DNA of 64,000 nt from Bdellovibrionales bacterium (GTDB taxonomy: Bacteria > Bdellovibrionota > Bdellovibrionia > Bdellovibrionales > JAGQZY01). The DNA lies in the NCBI GenBank assembly GCA_964230645.1, contig CAXRHT010000002.1:1280001-1344000 (forward strand), given 5' to 3'. The notes under the pieces were generated by a model that saw only the letters and a list, made by a program, of their open reading frames with translations, was not told where the DNA came from and searched no databases. The position numbers and the translations under genes are program-made. Below, piece after piece: positions 9,024 to 19,734 of this stretch. Each line of letters begins with the position of its first letter. Position 1 is the first letter of the stretch.

Positions 9024-12000
9024 TTAGTCAAACGCAGTAACCCAAGCAAAATAAGCGTGAGTGCCCATGACCATAATTGTGTAGACCGTATGCTCACCGG
9101 CTGTGGTCGCACCGTGTCCGCTTGGTAAGTGAACTGTTAAAGATGTGGAGCCCGCATCACTATAGGCATTAAATGCACAGGTGCCGGATGTGGTTCCTTG
9201 CACTGCGAACGAATACGTTCCACCATCTTTTAAATTATGAAGATCAAAGGTTTGGCAGTTTTCACTTGTGTACTGTAAATTTCCATCATCAAAATCGATG
9301 GTGGTCACAGCTGCACCATTAGAAATAGAGGCTGAGTTGCGAATGGCACCATTGACTTCAAGGGCGGATTGAGGACTCGCTGTACCTATTCCAACGTTTC
9401 CAGCAAAATAGTTCGTATCGGAGGCTCCGACTTGGTAAACTCCATACTGATTGGTCCCTGACAAATCATCAATATAAAGTCCATAAGCATTTGTTAAAGT
9501 GCCGGAGTTTGAGTTTTTTGCACGAAAGCCGTAGGCATCAGTAACTGTTCCGCCGTTGACCTTGATTTCACTCAAAACACCAGTGTAGTCACCCACTGTT
9601 CCAGCTAAATTTTCCATCTCGTTATAGCTACCTATACCCTGATTGAGACTTGTAGCCCAGTTCGAATTAATGTTGTAACTGCTAATTTGTTGGTCCTGGG
9701 CATTTGGAGAGTCACCACGGATAAGATTTCTAATTCCGATAATTTTACCTGAATGAGGATCACCATTTTTATACATCTCGTTGTTGATGTGCGCGTAGTC
9801 ACCAGAGGCATCGAAGGGATTACTCTCGACACGGACCAAAGCTCCACCAAGATTTATCATATTTGCACTACCTACTAAGAAACTACCATCACTTCTTGCT
9901 GTTGCCACGGTCGAACCGTTTGCTTCTAAATTGAAATTGTAGTTATCATTTGTACCGATTGTTATTGCTGCACCATTTGAATTTCCACCATCAGCAATAT
10001 CGCCAGAACCGCCACTGATTCCACTGGAGAGATCAAGACAGTTGGAGTTATTTTCATCACAAATTTCAGACGCATTGATCGACCCGGTTCCAACATCTAG
10101 AGCGACGGCCGGAGCTGTTGTACCAATCCCTACCCTTCCGTTTGGTGCCAAGGTGACGTAGTCCTGATAGGTACTGCCATCGAAATAATTAAACATTAAC
10201 TTATCGGCATCAGCGCCGACGGTCGATCCGTTGCGGTAGTTAATGCTCCACTGATTTGCGTTGACCGTATTAGCCAGATTAAAATACGAATAGTTGTAGG
10301 CATCTAAAGAGCCTCCTGTTGAAGTGACCACGCCCGCGCCTGTGTCGCCATAAGCTTCCACCGCTGCCGCTGAAAAATCACCTGACACCTCTAGCATTTT
10401 ACTAGGACTTCCCGTGCCAATTCCAACATTTCCAGAGGCTGTCACTCTTAATCTCTCACTACCCGCTGTGGTTAAGGCAATACTGTTGGCCACGGGGTCA
10501 TGGATACCGGTATCGTTATCACCAGTAAAACTATAATCAAGATCCGCTCCGGCACCATAGCCGGCGTCAATTCTATTGAAAAAACTAAAGGAACCCGTAT
10601 TCCAACGGAGAACCTGTCCTCCGTTTAACGCAAATCCCAGATCGTCTTCCGCAAATCGAAAAAAACCCATATCCTGATCACTATTAAATGTAAGGGCAGG
10701 ACTTGCTCCTGTACCATCTGCGAGTAAGAGACTATCAGTCATTGGCACCGATCCGTCAGCGAGGAAGTCTCCCCCTGAACCGCCGCCAGATGTATCCACC
10801 CAAGTGGAGCCATCATAAAACTTCAGTTTATTAGAATCAGCACTATCAACAGCTATATCCCCTGCAGCAGGAGATCCTGGAAGAGTCGTTGGTGTAATTC
10901 GTGCGGGACCATCTACATGTAGCAGGCGTGCTGGAGCTGTTGTTCCGATTCCTACATTACCCGAGCTATCGATACGAACCCTTTCATCGTAAGCTGTGGC
11001 CCCTGTCTGCTGCCCAATAACAATGTCAGGTGTTCTTCCAGAAGAGTTTGCAATCGCTCCTATGTAAGCCTCTTGTTGGTCAGACGCCAAGTTTCTAGCT
11101 TGTAAACTTAATCCTGCCATTGCAGAGTCTAAATTGTCGGTATTTTGCACATGAGGTCCTACCATCACCGGACGATAATTACTTGATGAAGAAGGGGCAT
11201 AGACTCCCCAGGTTCCTGGATAGGAAACCAACAAAGGATTTAAAACGCTTATTCCACCACTATGGGCGTACATCTGCATCGTACCAGCCGCACTTAATCC
11301 CAATGAATCTCCGAAAGGTCTAAAAATACCTGTGTCTTCATCACCTTCAAAGGCGACACCTGGAAAAGAGGCCGAACCGAAGTCAGCCTCAAGGGCACCC
11401 GTCATTGGCACACTACCATCAGCTAGGAAGTCACCAGAACCCGAACTCCACCCTGCTGAAATATCTTGGCAATTGGCTCCTGTTTCATCACAGATTTGTT
11501 CGGCTCTTATACTACCAGCCACATCCAACAGAGAGCCTGGAGCTGTGGTTCCGATTCCAACATTACCACTATCATCGATTCTGAATCTTTCCTGATAAGA
11601 CGTGGCTCCGGTTTTTTGCCCGAGAACTATTGCCGGTGAGCTTCCAGTAGACTCTGCAACAACTCCTAAGTAGGCACTCTGATTTGTTGAACCACTGTTG
11701 GTAACCTGAAGTGAAACCCCTCCATAGGAATTATCTAGTGAGTTTGTATTATAGAAAGTCGCTGTACCTCCATCAGGGCCATATAAACTACCACTTGAAG
11801 GAGAGTAGGTACTTGAACTCCAAATTCCTGAAAAGAGGGGACGGAATAGCGTAATAGCGGATCCGTTAAGAGCCATCACTCCATTGCCTCCCACGCTCAG
11901 AGCCATTTCATCAGAACCCGATCGAGTGATGCCAGTATCCTCGTCACCATCGAATGTGATACCTGGTGAAGCTGAAGTTCCGTACACAGCCTCAAGGGCT

Positions 12001-15000
12001 CCGGTCATGGGCACACTACCGTCAGCTAGGAAGTCACCAGAACCCGAACTCCACCCTGCTGAAATATCTTGGCAATTGGCTCCGGTTTCATCACAGATTT
12101 GTTCGGCTCTTATAATCCCTGCCACATCTAACAGAGAGCCTGGAGCTGTGGTACCAATTCCGACATTTCCTGTCTGAGTAATTTCCATAATATGGTTGTT
12201 ATTAGCGGCAATAGCTATGTCGGAATTCACCGACTCTAAATACAAATGGTCTCGGGCCCAAGGCACTCCGACCGCGTCGTTTCCGTAACCAACCCATCCA
12301 GCTACAGCTCCCAGTTCGTCTTGAAACTCTATTGTGTTGTAATTACTGTTTGATGTGGACTGAAGAACAACTGTGGTATCGGCGCTGACGATCTCAAGAG
12401 GCCAAGAAGGATTGTTCGTACCAATTCCCACAAAACCTGAGGAATTAATTCTCATGGCCTCAGATCCTCCAACGGAGAAACCAAGTGTATCAGCTCCGGC
12501 TCTATAAATTCCTGTGTCTTCATCACTATTAAATGTGTAACTGGGAAAACCTTCACTTGATCCAGAGTTCAATCTAAACGAGCCAGCATTGTTATACTCG
12601 ATACCTGTCTGATTAAAAGTCATACGCTGAACGCCGTTGACGCTAACACCCATATTATCAGGCGCTGCAGAAAAGAAACCAGTATTGCTGTCGTTCGCAA
12701 AAGAAATACTTGGGGCAGCCCCTGTGCCGTCACCAGCTAGTAAAGTGTCACCATCAGTGTATCCTGTACTTATACCAGCGGACAAATCGATACAGTTAGT
12801 ATTGTTCTCATCACATATGGAGGCGGCATTTATTGTTCCTGTGTCGACATCTAACTCAACTCCAGGATTGAGAGTATTGATACCCACATGGCCGGTATCT
12901 TCTACAACCAATCTATGAGCATTGTTATCAATATCATAAACAGCAAACCAGTTATCGACACCATCATCCAAAACATCGATCTTAAAACCTTTTCCACTCG
13001 TTGCATTTGGAGTCAAAGCTAAGCTAGCTGTATTGTCTCCGCTTGGGCGATCTCCAATGACCACGGACTCGTTGACGGTGGGAGCCCTTTTCTCTCCACC
13101 GGCAAGAAGTTGGCCGGCAACATCTAATTTACCAGCAGGAGTTTGAGAGCCTATTCCGACTTGTCCTGTGGCATCGATTCGAACAGCTTCATTACCACCG
13201 GTAGTAAAGGCCAATTGGTCGGCAGCACCAAGGAACATTCCTGTGTTGGCATCACTTGCAAATGAAACGGCAGGGTTTCCCTGGTTTCCATCGATGGCAT
13301 CAAATTGACCCGTCATTGCCACTGAGCCATCAGCCATAAAATCGCCAGAACCAGAACTCCAGCCCGTTGAAATATCTTGGCAATTGGCTCCAGATTCATC
13401 ACAAATTTGCTCTGCACGAATAATTCCTGCAACATCCAATTCAGAAGCTGGGCTCGTTGTACCAATTCCAACATTTCCAGTAGAACCAATCAAAGTCATC
13501 AATTCCGTGAGAGCACTGGATTGCCTAACATAAAAATGAATATCTCCTGAGGCACTATTGGCACCCCTCGTAGAAGCTAAACGGCCAGAGTCCACACCAC
13601 CACTTTCAAATAATATTCCGGAACCTCTGGAATCACCAGCGCTTGTGTTTGTAAGCTTAAGACTGTCACTGATCCCCGTAAAATTTCTGAATATCTCAAC
13701 TTTTTCATCGGGGGTTGTGGTACCTATACCAAGATTTCCGACACTATTGATACGCATTCGTTCACTACCACCATCAGTGCTGAAACTTATGGATTCGCCG
13801 GTATCGGCATCAATATTAATTAAACTTCCATTCCAGCCGATTGCACCATAATAACCACCACCAAAATGACGGAAATTAATTCTATTAGCATTGCCTGAAG
13901 AGCCATTTCTTAGATTTAACTCAACTCCGTTGGTATCACTGGCTCCACCGTAGCCGAACATTTGAAAAACTTCGGAACCATTCATATCAAAACGAATATC
14001 ATCATCATCGGGCCCTGCCTCTAACCGAATTCGTGTGTCACCATCAGTGTCTTGGAGGACTGATCCTGGAGAATTGCTACCTACTAAATCAATCCAGGCC
14101 CCACTTTCATACCCCTCAAGCTTGGAAGTAGTAGTATTATAACGAAGCATCCCGTTTTCACCGGTGCCAGGTCGCTCACCGGTTGTCCCCTGAGGAACGA
14201 CAATCGCATCAGTACCTGATACATCGAGGATAGCGGCGGGATTTGTTGTCCCAATCCCCACATTGCCTGAGGTATCCACTGTAATCGCTGTTGAACCATT
14301 GGTAAGTAGGCTCAAGTTTTGAGCGTTTGTGGTTCCAATTTCGAGATCTCCTGCAGGAGCATTTCCACCGTCAATCACGTAACCATCATCAGCTATAATC
14401 GCTTCGACTTCTGCGTTGGAAAGAACGAAGTTTGAGCGAGTCATCTTCCTTAAAGCACCAACGGAGGCATCATAGATAAGAATTTCATCACCTGCGGCGA
14501 CTGAGGCCTCGGCGGTTTCGTTAGTAATATCTACGTTGACCCCTGTTCCATCCACTGTGATCGCATCTCCACCTTGCACGGCTAGAGTGCGATCGACGGA
14601 AAGATCACCACCACCGGTTAATCCATTACCCGCTGTGATTGATCTTGAATCAGAAACTTTGTCAGCCTCTAGCTCCACAAGGGCTGCTTGTAAAGTTGTT
14701 GCAGTTAATGGTGTGGTTCCTACAGGAATCACTGTCGGATCAAAAGCACTTTCATCAAGTGTTAAGATGACATTGTCGGCATCAGAAGAAACGGCAATTT
14801 TGCCATTGGCAGAACCGACAGATTTGAATTCAAGATTTAATCCGTTCTTAGCTTTAAAAACACCTTCACCCGTTCCAACATTAGCCCCATCGTTGACTTC
14901 ACCACCTGCAGCGGTTCCAAAGGCTGTCCAAGTGGAGCCATCACAAAATGAAACGGCTCCGCCTACGTATTTTAATGTTCCCTCTTTTGTACCATTACAG

Positions 15001-18000
15001 AGAGCCGCATCGTTACCAATTTGCACCCCACCAGCAACTTGTAATTGCGAGGTGGGAGTTGTGGTTCCGATACCAACAAGACCGCTGTTTTGAATAGTCA
15101 TTCGGTTAGAGGCATTGGTACCAAAATGTAGATCTGTGTTTGCGAGATTCCAAACATAGGCGTCTCCTCCCCCAGCTACACTCGCAATACCTAAAGCTAA
15201 AGTGCCGGCATCTGACGCCGTACCTATTGTCGCTTCAGCATTAACCCCTGGATCTAAATTGATAACACCAACACCCGTGGACGCATTGTCTGAATCAACA
15301 ATCTCCAGTTTACCACTAGGATTAGAAGTTCCAATTCCCACATTTCCTGAGGAGTCGACGGTCATTACTGTCGAATTATTTGTTAAGAAAGTTAAGTCTT
15401 CGGCGTTTGTTGTACCAATATCTAACGAGCCAGTTGGTGCATTTCCACCATCGATAACATAACCGTCATCAGCAATAATCGCTTCCACTTCTGCATTTGA
15501 AAGTACAAAGTTCGAACGAGTCATTTTTCTTAAGGCACCAGCGGAGGCATCGTAAATTAAAACTTCATCACCTGCCGCAACTGACGCTTCTGCGGTTTCG
15601 TTGGTTATATCGACATTAACGCCTGATCCGTCCACTGTGATAGCATTGCCACCAACTACTTCGATATCATCCGCATTTACATTAATACCGTTTCCAGCAC
15701 CGACGGCTAAAGTTCGGTCCGTACTTAAATCGCCGCCACCAACAAGACCTCCACCAGAGACGACGGCTCTTGAGTCAGAAACTTTATCGGCTTCAAGTTC
15801 TACAAGTGCTGCCTGTAAAGTCGTTGCGGTTAACGGTGTTGTCCCTACAGGAATCACTGTTGGATCAAAAGCATTTTCATCAATTGTTAAGGTGACATTA
15901 TCAGTATCAGAGGAAACAGCTATCTTTGTATTAGCTGAGCCAATCGATTTGAATTCAAGATTCAGACCGTTTTTCGATTTAAAAACTCCCTCACCGGTTC
16001 CAACATTGGCTCCATCATTGACCTCTCCACCAGCAGCGGTTCCAAAAGCTTCCCAGGTTGTACCATCACAAAAAGAAACAGATCCTGCGTCGTACTTTAA
16101 AGTTCCGGCTTTTGTTCCATCGCATAGGGCTACATCATCACCAATTTGTACACCACCAGTTACCTGTAACTGAGCTGTTGGAGTTGATGTGCCGATACCA
16201 ACGTTTCCATCCTCTCGAATTATCATTCTTTGAGTGTTGGAGCCGCCACTTGCAGTTGAAAATGAAATTCGGCCATCATTATCCGGGTCAGCCCCTGTCG
16301 AAATATCTATACCGGCTATTCGAGTTCCATCATTGTTTGCTCTTAAAGAAAAAACACCCGCACCAGAAAATGTCCTGTCTGCATCTACCAGCAATTTTAC
16401 ATCATTATTACCAGTGTTTGTTAAAGCTATATTCGAGCTAGTTGCACTGTATATTTGGAGTTTAGAAGTCGGTGCCGTCGTTCCAATACCGACATTCCCA
16501 TTGTCATCAACAATAAAACTGGTTGCTCCGTTATCTTGTACTTGAAAGTTATTAGTGCCAGTCAGGTTCCACACAACATCCGTGGAGTCCACTGTTATCG
16601 CAGAACCATTGTTGTAGGCATCGTCTAAACTTTGAGTTTCCGCAGTTAAGTATCCTGCGGCCGCATGATCTCCCCAAGCAAAGGCCTGATCCCAATCTGC
16701 CGAGTTATCGGTGATACTGCTATAAGTTCCAGGTGCTGTGCGAACTAAAATACCATTTCCAGACCACACAGTATCAAGCTCAGTTCCAGTGATGTTTTGT
16801 AAAAATCCTTCATTGGAAGCGAAGGTTCCAACCTCACTTTGACTCAGTACAAAATTTGACCTTGTGATTTCTTTTAAATTCCCAGCGTCTTCACTGTCTC
16901 TAATTAAAAGACTATCGGCAGCAACGGCAGAAGTTAATTTGTCAGCCGTTCCAGCGACATCAACATTAACACCTGTACCATCCACACTTATTCCGTTTCC
17001 AGCTCTGACTTCAATGTCGTCAGCATTCACTGTAATACCGTTGCCAGCTCCTATATCAAAAGTGCGATCAGAGCTTAGGTCACCACCACCAGTTAAACCT
17101 TGACCTGCTGTTACACTTCTTGATTCTGCAGCCACACTTGTCCAAGAGAGAACTCCGGCACCACTTGTTTGTAGCACTTGCCCTGCTCCACCGTCGTCAT
17201 CCGGGAGAGTCCACACAAAGGAAGACACTGCATTTACAGTGTTCGGCGCCTGGAAACCAACGTACTTTGTTCCCGTATCCTGAAATCTTAATTCTGTAGT
17301 CACACCACCATTAAGATCCATCACCAGATTTCCGGTCATAGAGTCGCCACTTTTAGCGACCTTTTCAGCACTTAATTCTTCAATCGCTCCCTGAACTTCT
17401 GTGGCTGTATCCACATCACCACCATAGGTGTTATCAAAAGTGATCAGGTCAGCATCGTAGTCGCCGGCTGTAGCTATAACATTGCCTGTGCGACCGAAAA
17501 CTTGAGTGACTCCCGCGTTGACATCCTGCCAGGAGAGCACTCCACTTCCATCGGTTTGTAAGTATTGTCCAGGGTCACCATCGTTATCCGGTAGAATTAA
17601 ATTAACCGGTGCCGCAAGGGCTGCTGGTGATTTTAAAGAGACATAATCAGAACCGTTTCCGGTAGCCTCAGCAAGTTGTAACTCACTTTCGTTTTCTAAG
17701 TTAATATTACCAGCAGAATTAATCCCGTTGGTAACACCAATCCCACCCGAGACGGTAAGGTTGTTGCCTATACTAGCATCTTGGCCCGCACTTAAATTAT
17801 TGGTGGCAGAAATATTGTTGTTAGCTGAAATATCATTCGCATTGGTGATGTCTTGATTTCCCATGTTGATGGAACCAGTCATGGTTCCACCCCCCAATGG
17901 GAGTTTATTCACATCGTTTATCACTTGCGAGTTCCACTGCGTGCCATCCCAGGTCAGGACTTCGCCATTCTGACCGGCACCAAGAGCACCGAGGTCCGCG

Positions 18001-18767
18001 GTATCGACCTGTTGTCCACCGATGTAGCTGCGAGCATAGCCGACGTTCACAGCGTCGGAATCTGTGGCTGGATTAGGATCCGCGAGATTAACTATTTTTT
18101 GGTTGTTGTTGTCGACGTCTGCTGTTGGAGCGCCCGCTGTAAAACTCGTGCTTGTTCCATCAAGAAGAGCTTGTAGCTCGTTCCAGTTGCTATCGCTAAA
18201 GACAAACTCAAGATTTGTTTGGTCTAGATTAAATCCAGTCCCACTATTGATTCTTAGAATTTCAGGAGCACTAAGACCACCAATGGTCGAAGCACTGGTG
18301 GCGTAGGGAACGCTGACAACATTGTGATCTTGAGCCACTGTCACAGGACCTGAACCATCATCAAAGGTCACTCGCAGTTTTCTGCCATCAGTGGAATCCG
18401 CCGTGTAGCTGGGACCCATCACACAATCCGTGGGAGTGACCGTACCGATAGCATTATCGAGAGCGTCGGAAAGGCTGGTCAGGTCTTCGTAAGATCCATC
18501 ACCAGGCTTGGAGCCCTCACCGACTATCAGACTGAAAATTCCATTAGAATTAGTCATGTTAAGAGTGTGAGATTCTTTATAAAGCACACAAAGCTCTGGC
18601 TCTGGGGAAAGAACTTCAATGGTAAATTGTACGGTGCTCGCCTCAAGGGCTTGACCGTTGGGTTTGATGATTTGACCTTGATAGGTAAATTTTGCAGGCC
18701 CTGCGAGAGCTTGAGCGGCTGCGAAAAAGGTCAAAAATAGAATCAATAAATATCTTTTAACGTGCAC
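9024..18767 (-). CDS. giant phage-tail-fibre-like trimeric adhesin (Bdellovibrio MAT-type), 3247 aa
   Basis: Signal peptide, N-terminal TYQGQIIKPNG domain, many GNVGIGTTxP beta-repeats, ICDE..NC.D and DFLADGSVPMTG modules. No S74 domain at the C-terminus. Confidence 0.85.
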   Translation of the reverse strand: MHVKRYLLILFLTFFAAAQALAGPAKFTYQGQIIKPNGQALEASTVQFTIEVLSPEPELCVLYKESHTLNMTNSNGIFSLIVGEGSKPGDGSYEDLTSLSDALDNAIGTVTPTDCVMGPSYTADSTDGRKLRVTFDDGSGPVTVAQDHNVVSVPYATSASTIGGLSAPEILRINSGTGFNLDQTNLEFVFSDSNWNELQALLDGTSTSFTAGAPTADVDNNNQKIVNLADPNPATDSDAVNVGYARSYIGGQQVDTADLGALGAGQNGEVLTWDGTQWNSQVINDVNKLPLGGGTMTGSINMGNQDITNANDISANNNISATNNLSAGQDASIGNNLTVSGGIGVTNGINSAGNINLENESELQLAEATGNGSDYVSLKSPAALAAPVNLILPDNDGDPGQYLQTDGSGVLSWQDVNAGVTQVFGRTGNVIATAGDYDADLITFDNTYGGDVDTATEVQGAIEELSAEKVAKSGDSMTGNLVMDLNGGVTTELRFQDTGTKYVGFQAPNTVNAVSSFVWTLPDDDGGAGQVLQTSGAGVLSWTSVAAESRSVTAGQGLTGGGDLSSDRTFDIGAGNGITVNADDIEVRAGNGISVDGTGVNVDVAGTADKLTSAVAADSLLIRDSEDAGNLKEITRSNFVLSQSEVGTFASNEGFLQNITGTELDTVWSGNGILVRTAPGTYSSITDNSADWDQAFAWGDHAAAGYLTAETQSLDDAYNNGSAITVDSTDVVWNLTGTNNFQVQDNGATSFIVDDNGNVGIGTTAPTSKLQIYSATSSNIALTNTGNNDVKLLVDADRTFSGAGVFSLRANNDGTRIAGIDISTGADPDNDGRISFSTASGGSNTQRMIIREDGNVGIGTSTPTAQLQVTGGVQIGDDVALCDGTKAGTLKYDAGSVSFCDGTTWEAFGTAAGGEVNDGANVGTGEGVFKSKNGLNLEFKSIGSANTKIAVSSDTDNVTLTIDENAFDPTVIPVGTTPLTATTLQAALVELEADKVSDSRAVVSGGGLVGGGDLSTDRTLAVGAGNGINVNADDIEVVGGNAITVDGSGVNVDITNETAEASVAAGDEVLIYDASAGALRKMTRSNFVLSNAEVEAIIADDGYVIDGGNAPTGSLDIGTTNAEDLTFLTNNSTVMTVDSSGNVGIGTSNPSGKLEIVDSDNASTGVGVINLDPGVNAEATIGTASDAGTLALGIASVAGGGDAYVWNLANTDLHFGTNASNRMTIQNSGLVGIGTTTPTSQLQVAGGVQIGNDAALCNGTKEGTLKYVGGAVSFCDGSTWTAFGTAAGGEVNDGANVGTGEGVFKAKNGLNLEFKSVGSANGKIAVSSDADNVILTLDESAFDPTVIPVGTTPLTATTLQAALVELEADKVSDSRSITAGNGLTGGGDLSVDRTLAVQGGDAITVDGTGVNVDITNETAEASVAAGDEILIYDASVGALRKMTRSNFVLSNAEVEAIIADDGYVIDGGNAPAGDLEIGTTNAQNLSLLTNGSTAITVDTSGNVGIGTTNPAAILDVSGTDAIVVPQGTTGERPGTGENGMLRYNTTTSKLEGYESGAWIDLVGSNSPGSVLQDTDGDTRIRLEAGPDDDDIRFDMNGSEVFQMFGYGGASDTNGVELNLRNGSSGNANRINFRHFGGGYYGAIGWNGSLINIDADTGESISFSTDGGSERMRINSVGNLGIGTTTPDEKVEIFRNFTGISDSLKLTNTSAGDSRGSGILFESGGVDSGRLASTRGANSASGDIHFYVRQSSALTELMTLIGSTGNVGIGTTSPASELDVAGIIRAEQICDESGANCQDISTGWSSGSGDFMADGSVAMTGQFDAIDGNQGNPAVSFASDANTGMFLGAADQLAFTTGGNEAVRIDATGQVGIGSQTPAGKLDVAGQLLAGGEKRAPTVNESVVIGDRPSGDNTASLALTPNATSGKGFKIDVLDDGVDNWFAVYDIDNNAHRLVVEDTGHVGINTLNPGVELDVDTGTINAASICDENNTNCIDLSAGISTGYTDGDTLLAGDGTGAAPSISFANDSNTGFFSAAPDNMGVSVNGVQRMTFNQTGIEYNNAGSFRLNSGSSEGFPSYTFNSDEDTGIYRAGADTLGFSVGGSEAMRINSSGFVGIGTNNPSWPLEIVSADTTVVLQSTSNSNYNTIEFQDELGAVAGWVGYGNDAVGVPWARDHLYLESVNSDIAIAANNNHIMEITQTGNVGIGTTAPGSLLDVAGIIRAEQICDETGANCQDISAGWSSGSGDFLADGSVPMTGALEAVYGTSASPGITFDGDEDTGITRSGSDEMALSVGGNGVMALNGSAITLFRPLFSGIWSSSTYSPSSGSLYGPDGGTATFYNTNSLDNSYGGVSLQVTNSGSTNQSAYLGVVAESTGSSPAIVLGQKTGATSYQERFRIDDSGNVGIGTTAPGSLLDVAGSIRAEQICDETGANCQDISAGWSSGSGDFLADGSVPMTGALEADFGSASFPGVAFEGDEDTGIFRPFGDSLGLSAAGTMQMYAHSGGISVLNPLLVSYPGTWGVYAPSSSSNYRPVMVGPHVQNTDNLDSAMAGLSLQARNLASDQQEAYIGAIANSSGRTPDIVIGQQTGATAYDERVRIDSSGNVGIGTTAPARLLHVDGPARITPTTLPGSPAAGDIAVDSADSNKLKFYDGSTWVDTSGGGSGGDFLADGSVPMTDSLLLADGTGASPALTFNSDQDMGFFRFAEDDLGFALNGGQVLRWNTGSFSFFNRIDAGYGAGADLDYSFTGDNDTGIHDPVANSIALTTAGSERLRVTASGNVGIGTGSPSKMLEVSGDFSAAAVEAYGDTGAGVVTSTGGSLDAYNYSYFNLANTVNANQWSINYRNGSTVGADADKLMFNYFDGSTYQDYVTLAPNGRVGIGTTAPAVALDVGTGSINASEICDENNSNCLDLSSGISGGSGDIADGGNSNGAAITIGTNDNYNFNLEANGSTVATARSDGSFLVGSANMINLGGALVRVESNPFDASGDYAHINNEMYKNGDPHSGKIIGIRNLIRGDSPNAQDQQISSYNINSNWATSLNQGIGSYNEMENLAGTVGDYTGVLSEIKVNGGTVTDAYGFRAKNSNSGTLTNAYGLYIDDLSGTNQYGVYQVGASDTNYFAGNVGIGTASPQSALEVNGAIRNSASISNGAAVTTIDFDDGNLQYTSENCQTFDLHNLKDGGTYSFAVQGTTSGTCAFNAYSDAGSTSLTVHLPSGHGATTAGEHTVYTIMVMGTHAYFAWVTAFD
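11385..13477 (-). repeat. intragenic repeated module (GNVGIGT..P..LDVAG.IRAEQICDE.GANCQDIS.GWSSGSGDF.ADGSV.MTG), three copies
   Basis: Copies at about 13310-13477, 11990-12169 and 11385-11569. The last two are near-identical in DNA. Confidence 0.85.
14245..16208 (-). repeat. intragenic duplication of a ~280-codon block in the giant fibre gene
   Basis: QLQV.GGVQIG...AAGGEVNDGANVGTGEGVFK...PTVIPVGTTPLTATTLQAALVELEADKVSDSR...IIADDGYVIDGGNAP occurs at about 15330-16208 and again at about 14245-15083. Confidence 0.9.
18658..18689 (-). repeat. 32-bp perfect inverted repeat, arm 1 (partner at 29655-29686)
   Basis: Minus strand reads TTTACCTATCAAGGTCAAATCATCAAACCCAA, identical to plus strand 29655-29686. 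Confidence 0.9.
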
Positions 18768-18773
18768 AAATAG

Positions 18774-18800
18774 TTATCGGACTAAGTGCTTAAGAGTTTA
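18774..18800 (-). promoter_or_regulatory. sigma28 (FliA)-type promoter of the 3247-aa fibre gene
   Basis: Minus strand TAAA-N15-TCCGATAA, then 6 nt (CTATTT) before the GTG start. Confidence 0.75.
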
Positions 18801-19064
18801 GGATTTTTGTGCATTTACTCGATAATTTATAGGAATTTTTGTGCTTTTTTGTCTCTCCATGAGCCGGAGTCTCAATACTTTCCGCTAGCTGTCTTTTTAT
18901 GATACAGACTTTTCAAGGCTGTCAGAAAATAGACAAGCTTAGTAAAATTCTGAAGAGCTGAGGTCGAGGTATATATAGACTAAAGTTAGCTCCCCCTACA
19001 TTTGATTCCAGTAGTGAGACAATTCTTGTTTGCTAATCACTGTAATAAATAATAGAAAAAGTCC

Positions 19065-19724
19065 ATGGCATTGACTCTTATTTCAGTTCCTATTGGAAAT
19101 CTAGGGGATATCACCCTACGAGCTTTAGAAAGCCTCAAATCGGCTGACCTTTATATTGGTGAGGAACGTAAACCTATGTTTCGCCTATTAAAAGAATTAG
19201 GCGTGGCCACTCCTAAAAACTTTGAACTTCTCAATGAGCATTCCGAAAAAGAAGACATCAAAAGACTGGCGCAACTCTGCAAGAATCAAAATGTGGTTCT
19301 ACTCACCGACTGTGGCACGCCTGGCTTTAGTGATCCGGGGGCTGAACTCGTCAGTGAATGTTATAAACAAGAAATTTTAGTGACCGCCAACCCTGGTGCT
19401 TCAGCACTCACAACATTCTTAAGTCTTAGTGGCGTTCGATTAGAAAAATTTAATTACTATGGGTTTTTACCAAGAGAAAAAAACGAAAGGCAAAAAGCCA
19501 TCCAGAGCCTTTGCAAAGTCAAAACGCCCACAATTATCATGGACACAGCCTACCGCCTAAAAAAAACTCTCACCCAATTTGATCAGGTGAATTCAAACTC
19601 AGAATTCGTGCTTGGTATGGATTTAACCAAGCCCAGTGAAAAAGTATTGAGTGGGAAAATGAGCCAGATTTTAAGGGATTATGATGGTGAAAAAAGAGAG
19701 TTTTTGTTGTTGATTCTTCCCTAG
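19065..19724 (+). CDS. rsmI: 16S rRNA (cytidine1402-2'-O)-methyltransferase
   Basis: PIGNLGDITLRA, TDCGTPGFSDPG, PGASA and GFLP motifs. Confidence 0.9.
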   Translation: MALTLISVPIGNLGDITLRALESLKSADLYIGEERKPMFRLLKELGVATPKNFELLNEHSEKEDIKRLAQLCKNQNVVLLTDCGTPGFSDPGAELVSECYKQEILVTANPGASALTTFLSLSGVRLEKFNYYGFLPREKNERQKAIQSLCKVKTPTIIMDTAYRLKKTLTQFDQVNSNSEFVLGMDLTKPSEKVLSGKMSQILRDYDGEKREFLLLILP

Positions 19725-19734
19725 GGAAGCAAAT

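Noticed and set aside
11385..12169. Near-identical repeats as a diversity-generating retroelement TR/VR pair
   Set aside because: Both copies are in-frame coding, the differences are mostly synonymous and not adenine-specific, and no reverse transcriptase is in the window.
11332..18306. Many plus-strand ORFs of 60-190 aa inside the giant fibre gene, and minus-strand ones inside 29577-35006
   Set aside because: Antisense shadows of repetitive Gly/Thr/Asn/Ser-rich coding sequence. They mirror the fibre repeats and have no recognisable motifs.
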